Below, one piece after another: positions 1 to 14,193 of a stretch of 64,000 nucleotides of DNA; position 1 is the stretch's first letter; every line of letters starts with the position of its first letter. Origin of the DNA: Podarcis liolepis. Lineage: Eukaryota. The translations under genes and the position numbers were made by a program. The notes beneath the pieces were generated by a model. That model saw only the letters and a program-made list of their open reading frames with translations. It was not told where the DNA came from and did not search any database. Location: the NCBI GenBank assembly GCA_965112155.1, contig OZ218100.1. One strand, 5' to 3'.

Positions 1-1242
1 GCAATCCTCTACCGGGCCGGTTATGAAGAGAATATACCGGAGGGTTCTGCAGTCCTTATGATGCAAATATGCACGGGGAGCAGCGAGAACGCACTTGGCC
101 AGCGCTGATCTGGAAAGTAGCAGCGAGAAGCTTTCCCTTCTCCCCGGAAAGCCCATTCATTAGCAGCCAATGAAAGGCTGCTTTTACCAGCCCGCTGCAA
201 AACTTAGACTTATTTATTTAAGTTTGTATACCGCCCTTCATCCGGAGATCTCAGGGCGGGTTCACAAACTTATTTCTCTTCTGACACTGGCTACATCCAG
301 AATTGCCAAAGTCCCTCTCCCCCCCCCCCCCGCAAAGGTGGCATATATAACCCAGTAGCCCAGCTATTATCATGCTTGTTAAGTAAACATTTGCCTGTTA
401 AGCAAACTACACGTTCCTGACTAGAAAGCCATTTAGCATATCCAAAACATGGCAAGTGAAATTACAGGGAAACAAGAAAGCCTTTTTGGTAGTGGTACCC
501 ACCTTATGGAACACCCTCCTGTCAGATGTCAAAGAGAAACAATTATATGACTTATTCGGAAGCTTTTAATGTCTGATGTTTTGTTCTGTTGGAAGCTGCC
601 CAGAGTGGCTGGGGCAACCCACTCAGACGAACGGACTCAAAGAAATAGATATATTAATAAATTAACAAATTATTAATAATAATATTTTCTCTCTCAAATA
701 ATCTTAATTTATACCAGTCAAATAACCAGGATGCTGAAAACAGCAAGATACCCAGCAACATAGCAGTGGACTGTAGTGACAAAAATCATGCTACCTAAAG
801 GCAATTTTGCCAAAACGAGCAGCTAGGCGCTTTTAATTACTTGGTTGTATAGTGAAAAAGAACTTCTAAGCAAGAGAGACACAAATGCCACAAGACATTC
901 CTGAGCAAAAGAGAGCAATTGGAAGGTACGGAGGGTCATATTTCTGGCCTAATCCCTTTGACAAGCTCTCCTTTAAGCAAAAAGGCAGCATAAGTAACAG
1001 TCAGAAATGCAGCTCGAATAAGGAGACAGAACAACCTGATGTAATGTCATCTTGGGGAAACATCTGCATCATTTTGCTTGCATTCGTGTCCTCCATATGG
1101 CCTCCCCACAGGCATGTACTGTAGTTGGGCGACTATGCAAACAGGATGCTGGACTAGATGGGCCTTTGGCCTGATCCAGCAGGGTTCTCTCTAAGTTCTT
1201 ATCTATTGCTGTTGCTTCTATGCTAAAGACAACAAGAAAGGG

Positions 1243-1388
1243 CAGTGGCGTAGCGTGGGTTGTCAGCACCCGGGGCAAGGCAAGTAATTTGCGCCCCCTA
1301 ACCCGTGGATTTGCGCCCCCTAACCCTAACCCCCAGATGTTGTGCCCGGTGCGGCCGGCCCCCCTGCACCCCCCACGCTACGCCACTG
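1243..1388. mobile_element. hAT-type MITE
   Basis: TIR CAGTGGCGTAGCGTGGG, perfect 8-bp TSD AGAAAGGG. Confidence 0.9.
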
Positions 1389-1870
1389 AGAAAGGGCCAT
1401 GAAATAGTTAATATCTCATAGGGTTGGTGCAATGGCCTAGGGCTATGGAGGCTGCATCACAATGTAGTCAGTGCAGGACTACATATAGGCCAATGTTCTG
1501 ACACAGTACAAGGAAGCTTCCTACATAACTTAAAGCTACTATGTGTGCTCCAGCATGGTGTTAAAAGCAAAAATTGATGTCGCTTTTCTTCCCAGGGTTT
1601 CTTCCCTGCCAGCGTATGGGGGGAGCCTGGCCAGCTGATGCAGCCCTTGGTGGGTGGAGAGGAGCAGTGGGCCAAGCCACCCCTGGCTTTACTTCCTTTC
1701 AGAGACTTCCTTTGGAGCAAACAATAAATAAATATTGCAGGGAAGGAAGACTAGGGGTGCAGTGTTAAAACACTTCCTAGGAAGCAAGCCCCACTGAACG
1801 CACTAGATTTATTTCTGCGTAAACAATAAAGGCAACTTTATGCTACAGATAGAACAATAGAACAAAATCA

Positions 1871-2100
1871 CAGTGGTACCTCGGGTTACAAACACCTCGG
1901 GTTACAAACACTTTGGGTTACAAACTCCGCTAACCCGGAAGTAGTACCTCGGGTTGAGAACTTTGCCCCAGGATGAGAACGGAAATCAAGCGGCGGCAGT
2001 GGGAGGCCCCATTAGCAAAAGTGCGTCTCAGGTTAAGAACGGTTTCGGGTTAAGAATGGATCTCTGGAACGAATTAAGTCCGTAACCCGAGATACCACTG
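1871..2100. mobile_element. Tigger/Tc1-mariner-type MITE
   Basis: TIR CAGTGGTACCTCGGGTTAC, TA at right end. Confidence 0.85.
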
Positions 2101-2703
2101 TATTATAATAAGTGAGTCTGAATCAAATCTAAACCCTTGTTGTTGGGCTCCTCTTGGTCAGAAACATAAGGATCAGCGATCTTGTAGACGTATTTTTGAA
2201 ACGGTCCCTTTCCACTAGCTCGGTTCTCTATTGCCAGGAGTGGGACTGAAGGGAAGGTGAGATTTGATGCCAGGAAGCTCTCATACATGGAGCAGCTCTT
2301 GTAGGAGAAGGATGGGAAGGATACAGCTATTCATGCTTCCTGGATCATGCCATTTGTGTTTACTTCTGAAATACCTTTTTTTTTTAATAGCAGAGCAGGT
2401 GTGAAATATTTTGCCACTAACACTCCTGTTGTAGCCATGTTTACGTGGAAGTAACATAGCCTCTGTGACTCCAATGAACTTGCTTGCTAGCTTAATGAGG
2501 CTATTTATATCCTACCCTCCTGTTTCAACAACATGGCTCAGGATGGCTCATTGTATATTAGGAAAAAAAACATCAAGTACATCATATTAATGCAACTTGA
2601 AGGCTGCAACCATTTACCTAGAAGTAAGCCTTGTCAAACTCAATGGGACTTGCTTTTAAATTGACATGCACAGGATTGTGCTGTAAAAACAGACAGACAA
2701 AGG

Positions 2704-2989
2704 CATGGGTTGGCAAGGTATATCTTGCCTGGGCCGGATTGGTCCCGCGGAGATAACTCCGTGGGCGTGAGTGTGCCCGCCAGCGATATTCATCGTCTGT
2801 GCGTGCACACCCGTGATTTTCGGCATCTGTGCGTGATTTCTGGCGCCGTGGAAGCGAGTCCCTGCGCCGCGTTGCACCAGTTTAGCGCAGTGCTCAAGCA
2901 GGTGGCTCAGTTCGGGGGTGGCTCATGGGCTGGTCAAATGAACTCCACGAGCTGCTTCCGACCCATGGGCCTTAGGTAGCTGACTCCTG
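2704..2989. mobile_element. hAT-type non-autonomous element
   Basis: Degenerate CAGGGGT-type TIRs, TSD GACAAAGG/GACAAGGG, CpG-rich core. Confidence 0.75.
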
Positions 2990-3280
2990 GACAAGGGGCT
3001 CCTCAAAAACTCTTCTCAACCTGGCAGGCCAAATGCCTCCTGAAACAGAAAAGCAAACAGTGGAAATCTCCAGGAGACCTGGCCAAATAATCTGAGAGAT
3101 GGAATTCCATAACATCAGTGGGGCCACTGAGAAGATTCTCTTCTGTATCCCAGTTGGTCTTACCTCTGCCCACTGGTTGGTAGGACAAGAAGAGCCTCTT
3201 GGAAGATCTTAACAAGAGGACAGGCCCACATATGGGAGGAGGAAGTCCTTTCCTTTCCTTTCTTCCATGTAAACCTAAAC

Positions 3281-3570
3281 TCAGAGTTGGAAGGGACTTT
3301 AAAGCTCATCTAGTTCAGCACCCTGCCAATGCCGGAAACTCACTACTACAGCATCCCTGATAGGTGACCATCCACTCTCTTGTCTAAAAACCTAACATGA
3401 AGGAGAGTCCACCACCTTCCAAGGCAGTCTGTTCCACCATCAAACAGCTTGTACTGTCATCAAGTGCTTCCTAATGTTTAGTGTAAATCCTGTTTCTTGT
3501 ATTTTGAGCCCACATGGGTTCAAGTCCCACCCCCTGGAGCTACAGAAAACAAATACACTCCATCATCCAT
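3281..3570 (-). mobile_element. CR1 LINE 3' fragment
   Basis: agagttggaagggac...tcatctagt CR1 3' end and adjoining ORF2 end in reverse. Confidence 0.75.
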
Positions 3571-6500
3571 GTTGCCATCATGGTGCTCATGGGTGCAATT
3601 AAATCATTGAGGTTTTCTCTGGGTGCCCAAGAAGCCTCTGAGGCTTCCGACTCACAGCTTCCTTGGTTATGAGATGGTAAAGTTATGTTTTTCACCCTTG
3701 AAAAGCACTGATCCAGGAGGGATAGAAGTGACCAGAGGGGACTGCAGTCCCTGAAAAATCCGTAACATGCCTACAGAGCGATAGCTCTCCAAATATGGGA
3801 TCGCAGCCTGAATTTCATGTACTTTACAGTTCATTATGAACTAATTATGAACTGTACTTGGGGTGGCATAAAAAGTATGTTTAAAATATATAAAGATGTG
3901 TATGTTTGGTCTTATTCCCATTTTTAAAGTAGCATGAAATTAGTCAATTAAAAAAAAATGAGCTTAACATCCAGAAAATGTTCTTTACACACAACTCTGA
4001 TGAATGCAAAACAGTTTGTCTCTAGAGAATGGGGAGAGCCCCATCACTTGGCATACTGGAAACTAGACAGGACACGGTCCTGGGAAAGACTGCCGGCAGG
4101 GCAGCATGTATAATGAGATCATGCAGCCACATAAATTGTCACAGAATGGCCTTTCTCATTGAATTTGCTGATTTACTGAGCAGCCGTTGAGCTCTGCTTT
4201 TTTAAAAATATTGTCCCTTTGGGTTGCAAAATAACTTTTTGAACATAACACTGATGGGAAATGATACCATCTTGTCTCTGTGTGTGTGTGCCTATGCCAC
4301 TTAGACAACCTGAGGCCATCTTTGCTTGGGCACAAGGCTGGACTGACCTGCTGCCAGCCAACTTGAATCTTATTTCTGAAACCCTCACATTTCACAGCAC
4401 TGTGACTGCTGCCAACTTTGGAATGACTTTGCTAGATTTCCCGTCCTGTAATTGAGAGGATGTGAAATCCAGCAAAAAAATTGAGGCTTATGATCCCCTC
4501 TTTTGAAAGGGGAAGCGATGGTGACTCCTCCCAGGAACAAATAACACACAACGCACCTCTCAGCCTATTCTTCCCCAAAAGAAAGGTGGGGTTCCTGCAG
4601 GCTGCAATGCTTTGATTCCCTGAAACGGTTAAATCCTTATAGGAATTTGTATTCTTCTGCTACTACCCCACATGATCCTATGAGACAATACCTGTTTGCA
4701 TCAAACAATCTGGGAGTGAGCATCTCTTAAAAGGCCATAAAATCCTTTCTTTTTTTCTTTGCATCTTGAAAGAAAAAAGCAAAATCACCTGCACAAGTGC
4801 TGGGCTTGTGCCGGTACCAGCTGCAAGTTCCATCAGATGCAGGCATAGCTAGTGCTTTCCACTTTGCCTGGTTCCCAGCAGGTTCTGTGTGCCTGCTGAT
4901 GACTATTAATAGATGGGAGGGAAAGTAGGGTTCTGTCTCCTACAGTCATCTCTGGGATGAATGGTAATTACCCTTTAATTAGATTGGATTTGGTTCCTCC
5001 TCCCTGCTTTTTAGCAAAGGAAGAGATGCTAGCGCAGGAATCATCCCATCTGCTCCTCTTAATTGTTCTGCACAGAATGGTGCTTAGCAGCCCAGGAAGA
5101 GGTTTATCTCATGGGGGCTCTCTTGCTGGCACTTGCCTGTGGCTTCTCATCGCACCAGGGGAGGTGGGGTTTACCAGCAGGCAAAGTGGCCTTTTAAAAA
5201 GTACAGCAGCAACAGGAGATGTGATGCACGCCAGCAAACAAGAATATGCTTTGGAAGCAGAGGCCTCAAGGTCAATTCATGCACCCGTCAACATCTTAAA
5301 CAGTTGCCCCAGGAGCCTTCTCAATCACTACTGGGCATGTGGAGCCTGCAACAAAATGTTGCGGTGCAGTTGGAAAGCCCTTGCTTAGGTGCTCCATTCT
5401 ATCCCCCCCCATTTTCTGCCTCCTCCTGCCAACAGTCAGTCAGCATTCCATGGCTGCTGAACATGCTCATTCCACATTGGGCAGTTCCCTCACCCCAAAG
5501 ATGTTTTTGTACTTCTTCAAATCTCAGGTTCCCAATATCTCCCTCTTGTGTGTAGTTTTGGCTACATGTGCAAGAGGCACCACAGCCTGAATATTGAAAA
5601 TTGTGGGGTGTTGGTGGTGACCATTTGATGCTGGAGAGGCTCATATGACCAAACGTGTAGACTCTGCAATGCTGAGCCCACATTTTGAAGGAAATCCCAC
5701 TGAAATCTGTGGAAATTGCATACGAACAACTGTGGTTAAAAGGGTGTATTACTGGGGGGGGGGGGGAATCCATGCTGCTATTTTTTGCAGAGTGATCCTG
5801 CATGTGCTGACTTGGAGGCAAGGCCCACTTGAGTTTAATGGGACTTCCTCTCAAATAAGCGCATATAGAATTGCAAGTGTAAGGTGATAAGAGCATATCT
5901 GTCCATTGGTTTAAGAATCTAGTTAGTAATAATTTCCTATCGCTTTAGAGGTCAGACCCTTATTAGCAGCTTGCCTGAAGGAAGGAGCATGTTCTGTTTT
6001 ATCGAAACAGCAATTAAAAAATGAAAGGAACATTTAGACGCACATTTATCCAAATGCACTGAAAATCCCAAAGAGATGGTGGGGAAATGGCTTCAAGCTG
6101 GCTTGGTGATTAACGTCTGGAGCAAATTTCAAGTCTAGAGTATGGGAGCGGGTGGGGTTAGGGAACACTTAAAAGAAACATAATAGGATCATTAGAGGTA
6201 ACGAGCAGGCCTAATATCAATAGTGTTGTCAGGAAGAAGAGGCAACATGGAAATGGATTGCAATTTAATTAATCGTTGCACTAAATGGCTGCCTTCCATT
6301 TTTATCCCCACCCCACTCCATCCTGCTTCAGGCCTTTTCTCCAAGAACATGAAGGACAGAGAGAAATGTAAGGCTTTGGTATGAGGCTCAGGATAAACCA
6401 ACTGGTGCCAAAGTTTCTCTTCTTGTCTTAGCTCTCAACAGAGGCACAAGGGACCATCATGGCAGGTGTTTGTTTCAACAATGTGGGGCACAGAGATCCT

Positions 6501-9228
6501 GGAGCATCAAGGTCCCTCAACATGGGCAGCTGAGCAGACAAAGTACCTCACTCTGCTGCCCTTTTATATTTTGCATGCTGGTTGCAGCATCTGGGCTTGA
6601 TGAGACATGTGACCCTAACCTGCTCCAAGCCTACTCCACCTGAGGAATCACAGCCCTCCTCCCAGAGCTAGCGAGACCCACTTGGCCAGCTAGGGAGCTG
6701 GGCTGTGGGCCCTTGCCTGTCTCAGCCTCCTGGAGTGCCACTCCCACTGCTCCCTACGTCTCAGAGCACCCAAGGCAAGAAGTTATAGCTTGAACTGGGA
6801 AAGGAAGTAGACTGCTGAAGCAACAGGTAAGTAGGTGGCTTTGCTGCAGCATTGCTTCTTATACCTCTAACTTGCTCCCATGGCCAGAGTGAGGGGCTTC
6901 CCCATCAGTGATGATTCTACTTGAGAACTAGATATCAAGTTAAGCTCTGCCTGCTTCCTCCTTGCTGCTGTTAATAAGGGGACCAGCGTCACCAGAGGCT
7001 CCACAGCTGCTTCTATTTGCTTCAGGTGAGGAACCCTCATTCAGCAGGAAGCTCTTGCAGCCCTGAGTGGTCAGATAAAGCGTCTCACTGCATCCAGCCT
7101 GGCAAGGACTGTGCCAGTTAGGTTGGAGTGGTGAGGGCTGATGGGATACGACAGCCTGGGAGCTACCAGGGCTGCTGAGTTGACACTGTCCTTTGATGCT
7201 CTCTCCCTTGTATCCTCAGCCCCTTCCAATGGTAGCCACGAACGATGGCGGGCCCTTGAAGCCCGCAAGCTACACATCACTGTCCTGGCGAAGTGATTCC
7301 CTGTGACAGATCCGTCTCCTGCCGTTGCTTTAACCAGCTCTCTTATTATTCTCTCCGGGTCCCCCACGGAGCTAACAGGCAGTGCACAGCACGGCTGCAA
7401 GGGACTAAGATCTGGTAGGAACCCATCTTCCTTCTTGAGGATGGGAAGAATGGGAGAGAAAGCCCAAAGACAGAAATAGGAGTGCTGAAGAGTGTCTGCT
7501 TCTTGACAGCAACTGGGTAGAAAACTCAGTTGCATCTGCATCTCAGGCCTACTTTGCCACTTTCGGAACCGCAAGGAGACAATGCCAACCAGGTACTGTA
7601 ATTTTCAGGATTAACAATCCAGCCTCTGAGCATAGCTAGATGGACTTCTTAAAGTACAGTTCCTGATTCAGGACAGAAATATGATGGCTTATGCCAGTGG
7701 TTCCCAAACTCTGCCCCTCCATGGAGCACTTGAAAATGGCTGAGGGTCTTGGTGGGCCACTTACTTATTTTTCTGCCTATTGTATCCCACTGCACTCTGC
7801 TAGGTGCTGAATGGTTTCTAACCAGTGCTAGATTACCAAATAGGCAGAGTAGACATGGCCTAGGGACCCTGTGTCTATTAGGGGTCCTGTGACAACGGGT
7901 CAAAATAATATTTATTTGATCTTGAAAGAAAATTACAGCCAAGCTTTCTTAGTTCAGTGTTATCCCACTAGAGTGTACACACAAGAGAGGAGGAGGAATT
8001 TTGACTGTCTGGGGCCTCCACAGGGTTTAATCCAGCACTGTTTCTAATTGCAATTTATAACTGGGTGGGTGGGCAGCGGCTACAGCAGGAGAGGAGGTGA
8101 TAGGCAAGTGAGTGGTGGGTCGGGGTATGGGCCAGTTTGCTGACCATTTTCTCACCTTGCCTCATGATCAAGCTGGCCCTGCTGAACTAAGCCAAAGGGA
8201 ATCCTCAATATATTCTGTTACTGTAGGGATCTTGAGACAGGTTGAACTTTTTACCTAGTCATCCCTAACTCAGGAGAAGGTGAGCTAAGGAGGCTGCTTT
8301 TGCTTTCCAATAAGGTGAAATGTGACTCCTTGGTTTGTTCCGGGCTGGTGATTCTGACATTCCTAACAAGGCAGAGGGAGGAAATTAAGCGCATAACTAA
8401 CCAGAAGAGGCAGTTTGAAATAGGGAAATGTCAGGGGCCAAGAGGAGAGGTGCACATGCAGTCAGCCTCTCAATTATTGATAGTGCTTATAAATAAATGC
8501 AGGGGCAGAGAGGAGAAGGTTACAGAGCAGGGAGGGAGGCAGAGCATCTCCCAGCCAAGGAAGGGAACCCGAGCGCTTAGTTGTTCTAAAGGTCAGGCGG
8601 TTCTGCCTCTCCCCTCCCCTCATCTCTGTAAAACTCAGTGATATTTGAGTTGATGGATAGGCTTCCTTGTGTACCTGCCAGAATCCCGGGGGATTGGGCA
8701 GAGAGAAGTGAATTGGGGGTGGGGAATGCCTTTGGAAATGTGGGACAATGGACAATTGAGGAGACAACAAAATTAGTGGAGCAGCAAATTCCAAGCCGAG
8801 TGGAAATAATTCCCCTGCATGTGAAAATAAGATAGATGTGCCTTTAGCTTGGTCCCATCCTCCCAGCACTGGAAATTGAGCAAAGTGGGATGCTAAACAC
8901 TACAGTCAGGCTGGCGGAGTCCAAAGAACTTCACTTGGTCGTTTATGATTGCATCCACATCCATACATTTAAAGCAGCCCCGAAGAATCCTGGGAATTAT
9001 AGTTTACCCCTTGTGGAGCTACAGTTCCAAGCACCTTTAACAAACCACAGAACCCTGGATTATTTGGGGGAGGGCCAAAATCTTTAAATGGGGCAATGGG
9101 ATGGAAAAGCCACAATGTTTGAATGTTGCAGATTGTGTGAGTAACACAGTGCAGGTGCTCTGTTGCTTGATGATGGATAATGGAATGTGAGGGACAAATT
9201 TCTGCACAGCACAGCCCATTTTTAAGAG

Positions 9229-9232
<4 letters not shown>

Positions 9233-9306
<74 letters not shown>
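9233..9306. repeat. (CT)n(CA)n compound microsatellite
   Basis: Direct observation. Confidence 0.95.
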
Positions 9307-9309
<3 letters not shown>

Positions 9310-9585
9310 GGGTTGAGTGGCAGTCGCTATCTTCTGGTCCATCAGAGCATAGGTAGGTAAATGGGAAAGGCAGCTTTTGGAGATGTGAAGATGGCTGACC
9401 CCCACCCCAAGAGAATATGGCTTTTGTTGATGTAAATTGCCACTGTGATTTCTCAAACTTCCTGCCAGATAAAAGCTTTGCCTGGACTTGAGCATTCAGA
9501 AGCTGGTGAGCTTACATGCAGGTACCACTCAAGAAAAATGGAGGAGTGGGAAAACAGGCCTTTTGTCATTATTTTTTCAGAAGAG

Positions 9586-9750
9586 AAGGCCATAGCTCAA
9601 GTAGCAGAGCACCTGCTTTGTATATAGAAGATTCAATCCCCAGCATCTCCATGAGTGGCTGGAATAGACTTGCCCTGGAGAGCTTCTGCCAGTCATTGCA
9701 AACAATACTGAGCTAGATGGACCAGTGATTTGAATCAGTATGGCAGATTT
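9586..9750 (+). mobile_element. tRNA-derived SINE with CR1-type tail (Squam2-like)
   Basis: atagctcaagtagcagagcacc head, caatactgagctagatggacc tail. Confidence 0.7.
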
Positions 9751-10899
9751 TTAGCAGCAACCTCACTATTTGAGCATGGGTAAATTCCAGACTAATTTCA
9801 GTGTCTTGCTTTGAACATTGGTCTTCTCCATCTTTTTAACTTTGGGGGGGTGGGGGACGACAACAATCTGGTGTGCCCTTAGAATTAATGGCCAACATCC
9901 TATACCTACACCACAACCACACTTCTTTTCTCGGCTGTTGCTGAGCCTGCGGTGCCAGCCCGTCAGCTTGTTAGAAGGACTCTGCTCTGGGTAGGTGAGT
10001 GGGAGAGCAGCCCATCTGTTTCACATGGCAACATGACCAGAGAAGGCCATTGGAAATTCAGATGCTGAGAGAAACCTGCATCTTGGGAATAGGCAAGAAC
10101 AGAGAGAGGCTTTTCCAGATGTAATAGGAATTGAGAGGACACATTTTCTCCTCTTGACAGCACAGCAAGTTTGGAGTTTGGAGCTACAGCAGTGGGGATA
10201 GAGCTTCGGGTTGAAGGTGGAGCTTCCTGCATTCTAGAGCCAAAAATTAAGCCCAGCCCAATATACCTTGTAGCATTTTCCCTCCAGTTCCTTCAGCAAG
10301 TCAAGGTAGTATGTAATATGCAAACCTGACCAAGTTATTTTGACACCTGAGGCAGAACATCCCACTATAATAACAACAATTTGCTACTCTGCTACCAAAA
10401 GCAACTGCCTGAGGATGCTACCTCACTCTGCCTAATGGTAGGGCCGGCTCTGTCAGGAAATATGGATAGTTGCTTCTTCCAGGCCAGGACTATATTCTTA
10501 GGCTTGCTCCACCCTCTTTGCACATTGATTATGTGTATATCCCCTCATAACTGCCCAAAGAAGTATTTTAAGAATTGAAGGCTCTAATACAGGGGCAGGA
10601 TTGACAATTTGAGAACCTGTATGCAGGAACCTGCCCCACCTATTCATGTTTGGCATCGTTTGTGAAAGAGCCTATGTGTACACAAACTGTACTTGTGCAG
10701 ATCTGATGAGTGTGACTGAGCACCCTGCTTTGGATGGGGTTCCTAATCACAAAGCTAGGTCCTACCCGAACAGTTTTATATGTATGTGGGCTGTTCTAAA
10801 AGTCATGGCAAATGCACAGAGAAGAAAACTCGGCGGACATTGACTGACTATTTGCACACAGAATATTCTGGCCCTACGTCACATATAAAAAAATGGTAT

Positions 10900-11235
10900 A
10901 TGCTTCCAGTAAGAATAAGAAATCAAGATAACAAACTTTTTATAAAAGAATGGAAATGGTTTATTGAATATTTACAGATAATTTGTAAACAGATAAGAAC
11001 ACTGGCAGGATTATTGTAATAATCTGCTGCTTGATAAGAGTATATATTTAAAGTAGATGAATAAATGAGCAAATTAAGTTAATTTGGATATGCAGAAGAT
11101 ATTAAAAATAAATTTAAGGAACTGCAGAAAGAGGGGGAAGGAAGGCAAGTTTTTGAAATGTTAAAATGATTGTTAAATTAGTGAAATGTATAAACCTGAA
11201 AAGCATAAATAATTTTTTTAAATAATTTTTTTATA
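10900..11235 (+). mobile_element. L1 3' end fragment
   Basis: ORF2-end-like RIRNQDNKLFIKEWKWFIEYL and A-rich 3' UTR. Confidence 0.65.
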
Positions 11236-14169
11236 TGCTTTGCCCCCAGTGAAATAATTGGGGAAGTAGCTGTGTAGAACAGGGGTGAAGTGGGGAGCTA
11301 CAGGCCCAGGGACTGAATATGGCCCTCCAGAACTCCTTACCTGGCCCTCAGAATTCTCCCCAGGCCATACCCTTCACTGGCCCTGCTTTGCAACTGGAGT
11401 GTCTTTGCCCAGTTGGAATGCAGCTTTGAATGTCAGCCTAACCTATCTCACAGTTGTTATGAGGATAAAATGGGAAGAACTATGTATGCCACTTTGAGGT
11501 CCTTGAAGGAAAGGTAGGCCATAATGGTACCAAACAAACAAACAAACAAACAAACAAACAAAAGCATTGATTACAGAAATTCTTCTTAACAGATAATACC
11601 AGAGATGGTATAACAACACAAGTGGTATTAGGTGTACGTGATATTACTTACTTACTTCCAACACAACATTCTCCTACAAACCTCAGTACTGATAACTGTT
11701 GTAATACCATTCTGAGTTGTGTTTGTATCTACTTTTGTGGAGAGCAGGGAACGGCACTTGTTTTGCATGTGGGGTTTCTCAATCAAACTGCAACTGTACT
11801 TTCTACAGCCAAAGGAAATACGTACTGGTATTTCCTTCTGCAGTCAGTTTGTTAGATCCCACCTGTGTGGGATTCTACAGGAAATTAATGGACGTCCTAG
11901 GAATTTTGAGTGTGAATCTTTTACTCTGGAAACTCCCAGAAGAAGATCCAGGATGAGTTAGAACTGATGCCAGTTCCTTCCTTTCACTTTGTTGTATTTA
12001 ATACCAGTACCCTTTTGAACAGGTTTTGTCTGTAATAGGGCTTGGCACAAAGCTCACTGATCAAATGCATCTGGGCTGGTTTTGGGAACAAAGGCAGAAA
12101 GAAGCCTGTCTTGGCTTCTGTGTGAAATTGCCGGATCCTGTTTTACCTATTGAACTAGAACTCTTCCATGTTATCTGCCTTGGCTGAATGCCAATCATCA
12201 ATGCTGATTTGCATTCTTCGGTTTTCTATGTCTGATTCTAATTTCTGTGTCCTTGTATAAATATTCATTGCTTGCTTTAAGTCCCCCTCTTATATTGCCT
12301 GTGGTTGTAAATGTGCTCTGTGTCTCTTCTAAGCTTTGAAATACTGCTGGTCTTTATAAATTTTATGAGCGTTCTCAAGGATGCTCTCAGGGCTCAAGGA
12401 CGACAGATAGAAACACATCAGAGTAACCACCCTTGCTTGCAGCTTCAGCTTGTGTCTCCCTGTCTGGCTTAAAACTAAATAGCTTTAGGATTAGGACTTC
12501 ATTCAGATCTGTTTTAATATAGGAGGAAAGAGAGGTTTCCCCAGTCTCATCAAAGGGAGACTTATACTTTCTCCATTTAACCATTTAACTAATGGGTTGG
12601 CTTCAAGTTATGGTGCAACAGAGTATGATTGGCACTCCTGAGCTGCCATCTCCTATAGTAAAAGCCCGGAAAATTATCTCCCAGAGGGTAAGTAATTTCT
12701 TTGGATGGCTTCCTTTAAACATCTCTACTAGTTATTATTGAATATCTCCTTGTTCTTAACAGGGATAAAAATATGGGTTTTTGTTCTCTAAATAAAAAGG
12801 TGACATTTAAAAGTGGGGGTGGAATCAGTGGGGCAATGTGATTACTTATGTCCCTCCTCAGGAAGAGTTCTCTAGGTCAGAAAGCAGCTGGAGGGATGCA
12901 TTTCATTTGCTTACTCGACTTACTAAACCCTTGTGTGTGGGTTTGATACTGCCTTGATTGCATCCTAGTCTTACTAAATCCAAAGTTTTAAAAGAATGAT
13001 TAACATTCAGGTGTTGTTTGAATTGCTGTGGAATGCTACATTCAGGGGATTGGGGAAGGGGAGAGAAAAAACATCCATTAAAACCCAACACTAATTAGGA
13101 GTTGGACCCTTAAAGTCCTCCCACATCCACCTTCCTGTCCACTTAGATCAGGTGGGGGGGAGCCCTTTCCCACTTTCCCCAGAGGTTCATCTGATGGCGA
13201 CACAGGGAACGGTCTTCTCTGTGCTAGTGCCCAGTATGTGGAATCACCCACCTCATTGGCAGTGCTTACAGGCTGTCCAGACCATTTCAGTTTTAACAGG
13301 TGATCTGTGATCTGGCAGCCCAGCATTTAAAGGCAGCATAATCCTCCATTTTCTGTTGGTCTTGGATTTGTATAACTGCACTGTTGCTTTCCTTGTTACA
13401 CTTTTTGTAGGGTGTGTGTGTGTGTGTTTAACATTATTGATTTGGGCTCCCCTGGGAGGATATAAAGTTAATGATGATGATGATGATGATGATAAAAAAG
13501 GTAGATTTTGAAAATTTTCTTTGTAAACCATTTTGGTTATCTTATGATAGAAGTGGAAAGCTGGATATAAATCTTTTAATTCATCATTATAATCTATGAG
13601 ACACTGGTATTCCGGTTGAGTATTTGGAAAAGTTGTATTACCGAGTCAGGGAAAAACATGCTCAGATCGATAGTTTAATAAAAGTAATTACGTAGCTGTC
13701 AATGGTACATTATGTATTCACGATGGCTACTGTAAGAGAAAACCAGTGACTGAAGATTCAAGGCTGTCACCTACTGGTAAGTTTCAGAACTGATTACACC
13801 TAAGTATTGATTATGATAAATAGGGAGGCTTTTCTTGCTAATGAGTTGACCTATAGCTGGTGTAAATTTTATTGTTTCACCCTTTTCCCTTTTCGTACCC
13901 ACTTGGCTAGGAAGTGTTCTGTCCATGCAAAATGCATAGAAAAAATATTGCCTTCTGTGGGCAAAGTATTTGGCGTGCTTTTTCTTCCCCTTTCTTGTCT
14001 TCTTCCTCCTCTGCTCTCACAGCTTTAAAAGGGGGGGGAGGGCAAATAGGAGTTTCTAAATATATTTTCTAGTTGATACTTTGTACAGTACAAGCTTGTT
14101 AGATATACTTGAATTGTCTCCACAATGGGGAACAGCATAGAAAATCTTAAAGATGCCCATTTAAAAACA

Positions 14170-14193
14170 TGTGCCATGGTAACACATGGAAAC
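14170..14193. promoter_or_regulatory. RFX X-box-like site (TGTGCCATGGTAAC followed by ACATGGAAAC)
   Basis: Close to GTTGCCATGGCAAC, ~1.6 kb upstream of the putative ATG. Confidence 0.4.

Noticed and set aside
4957-5896. Overlapping 140-165 aa ORFs
   Set aside because: No motifs, no coherent splice structure; consistent with chance ORFs.
12592-13777. Extra 5' coding exons (strong GTAAGT donors near 12688 and 13777)
   Set aside because: Acceptors are weak, there is no recognisable homology, and the family motif normally lies close to the N-terminus. They could still be UTR exons.
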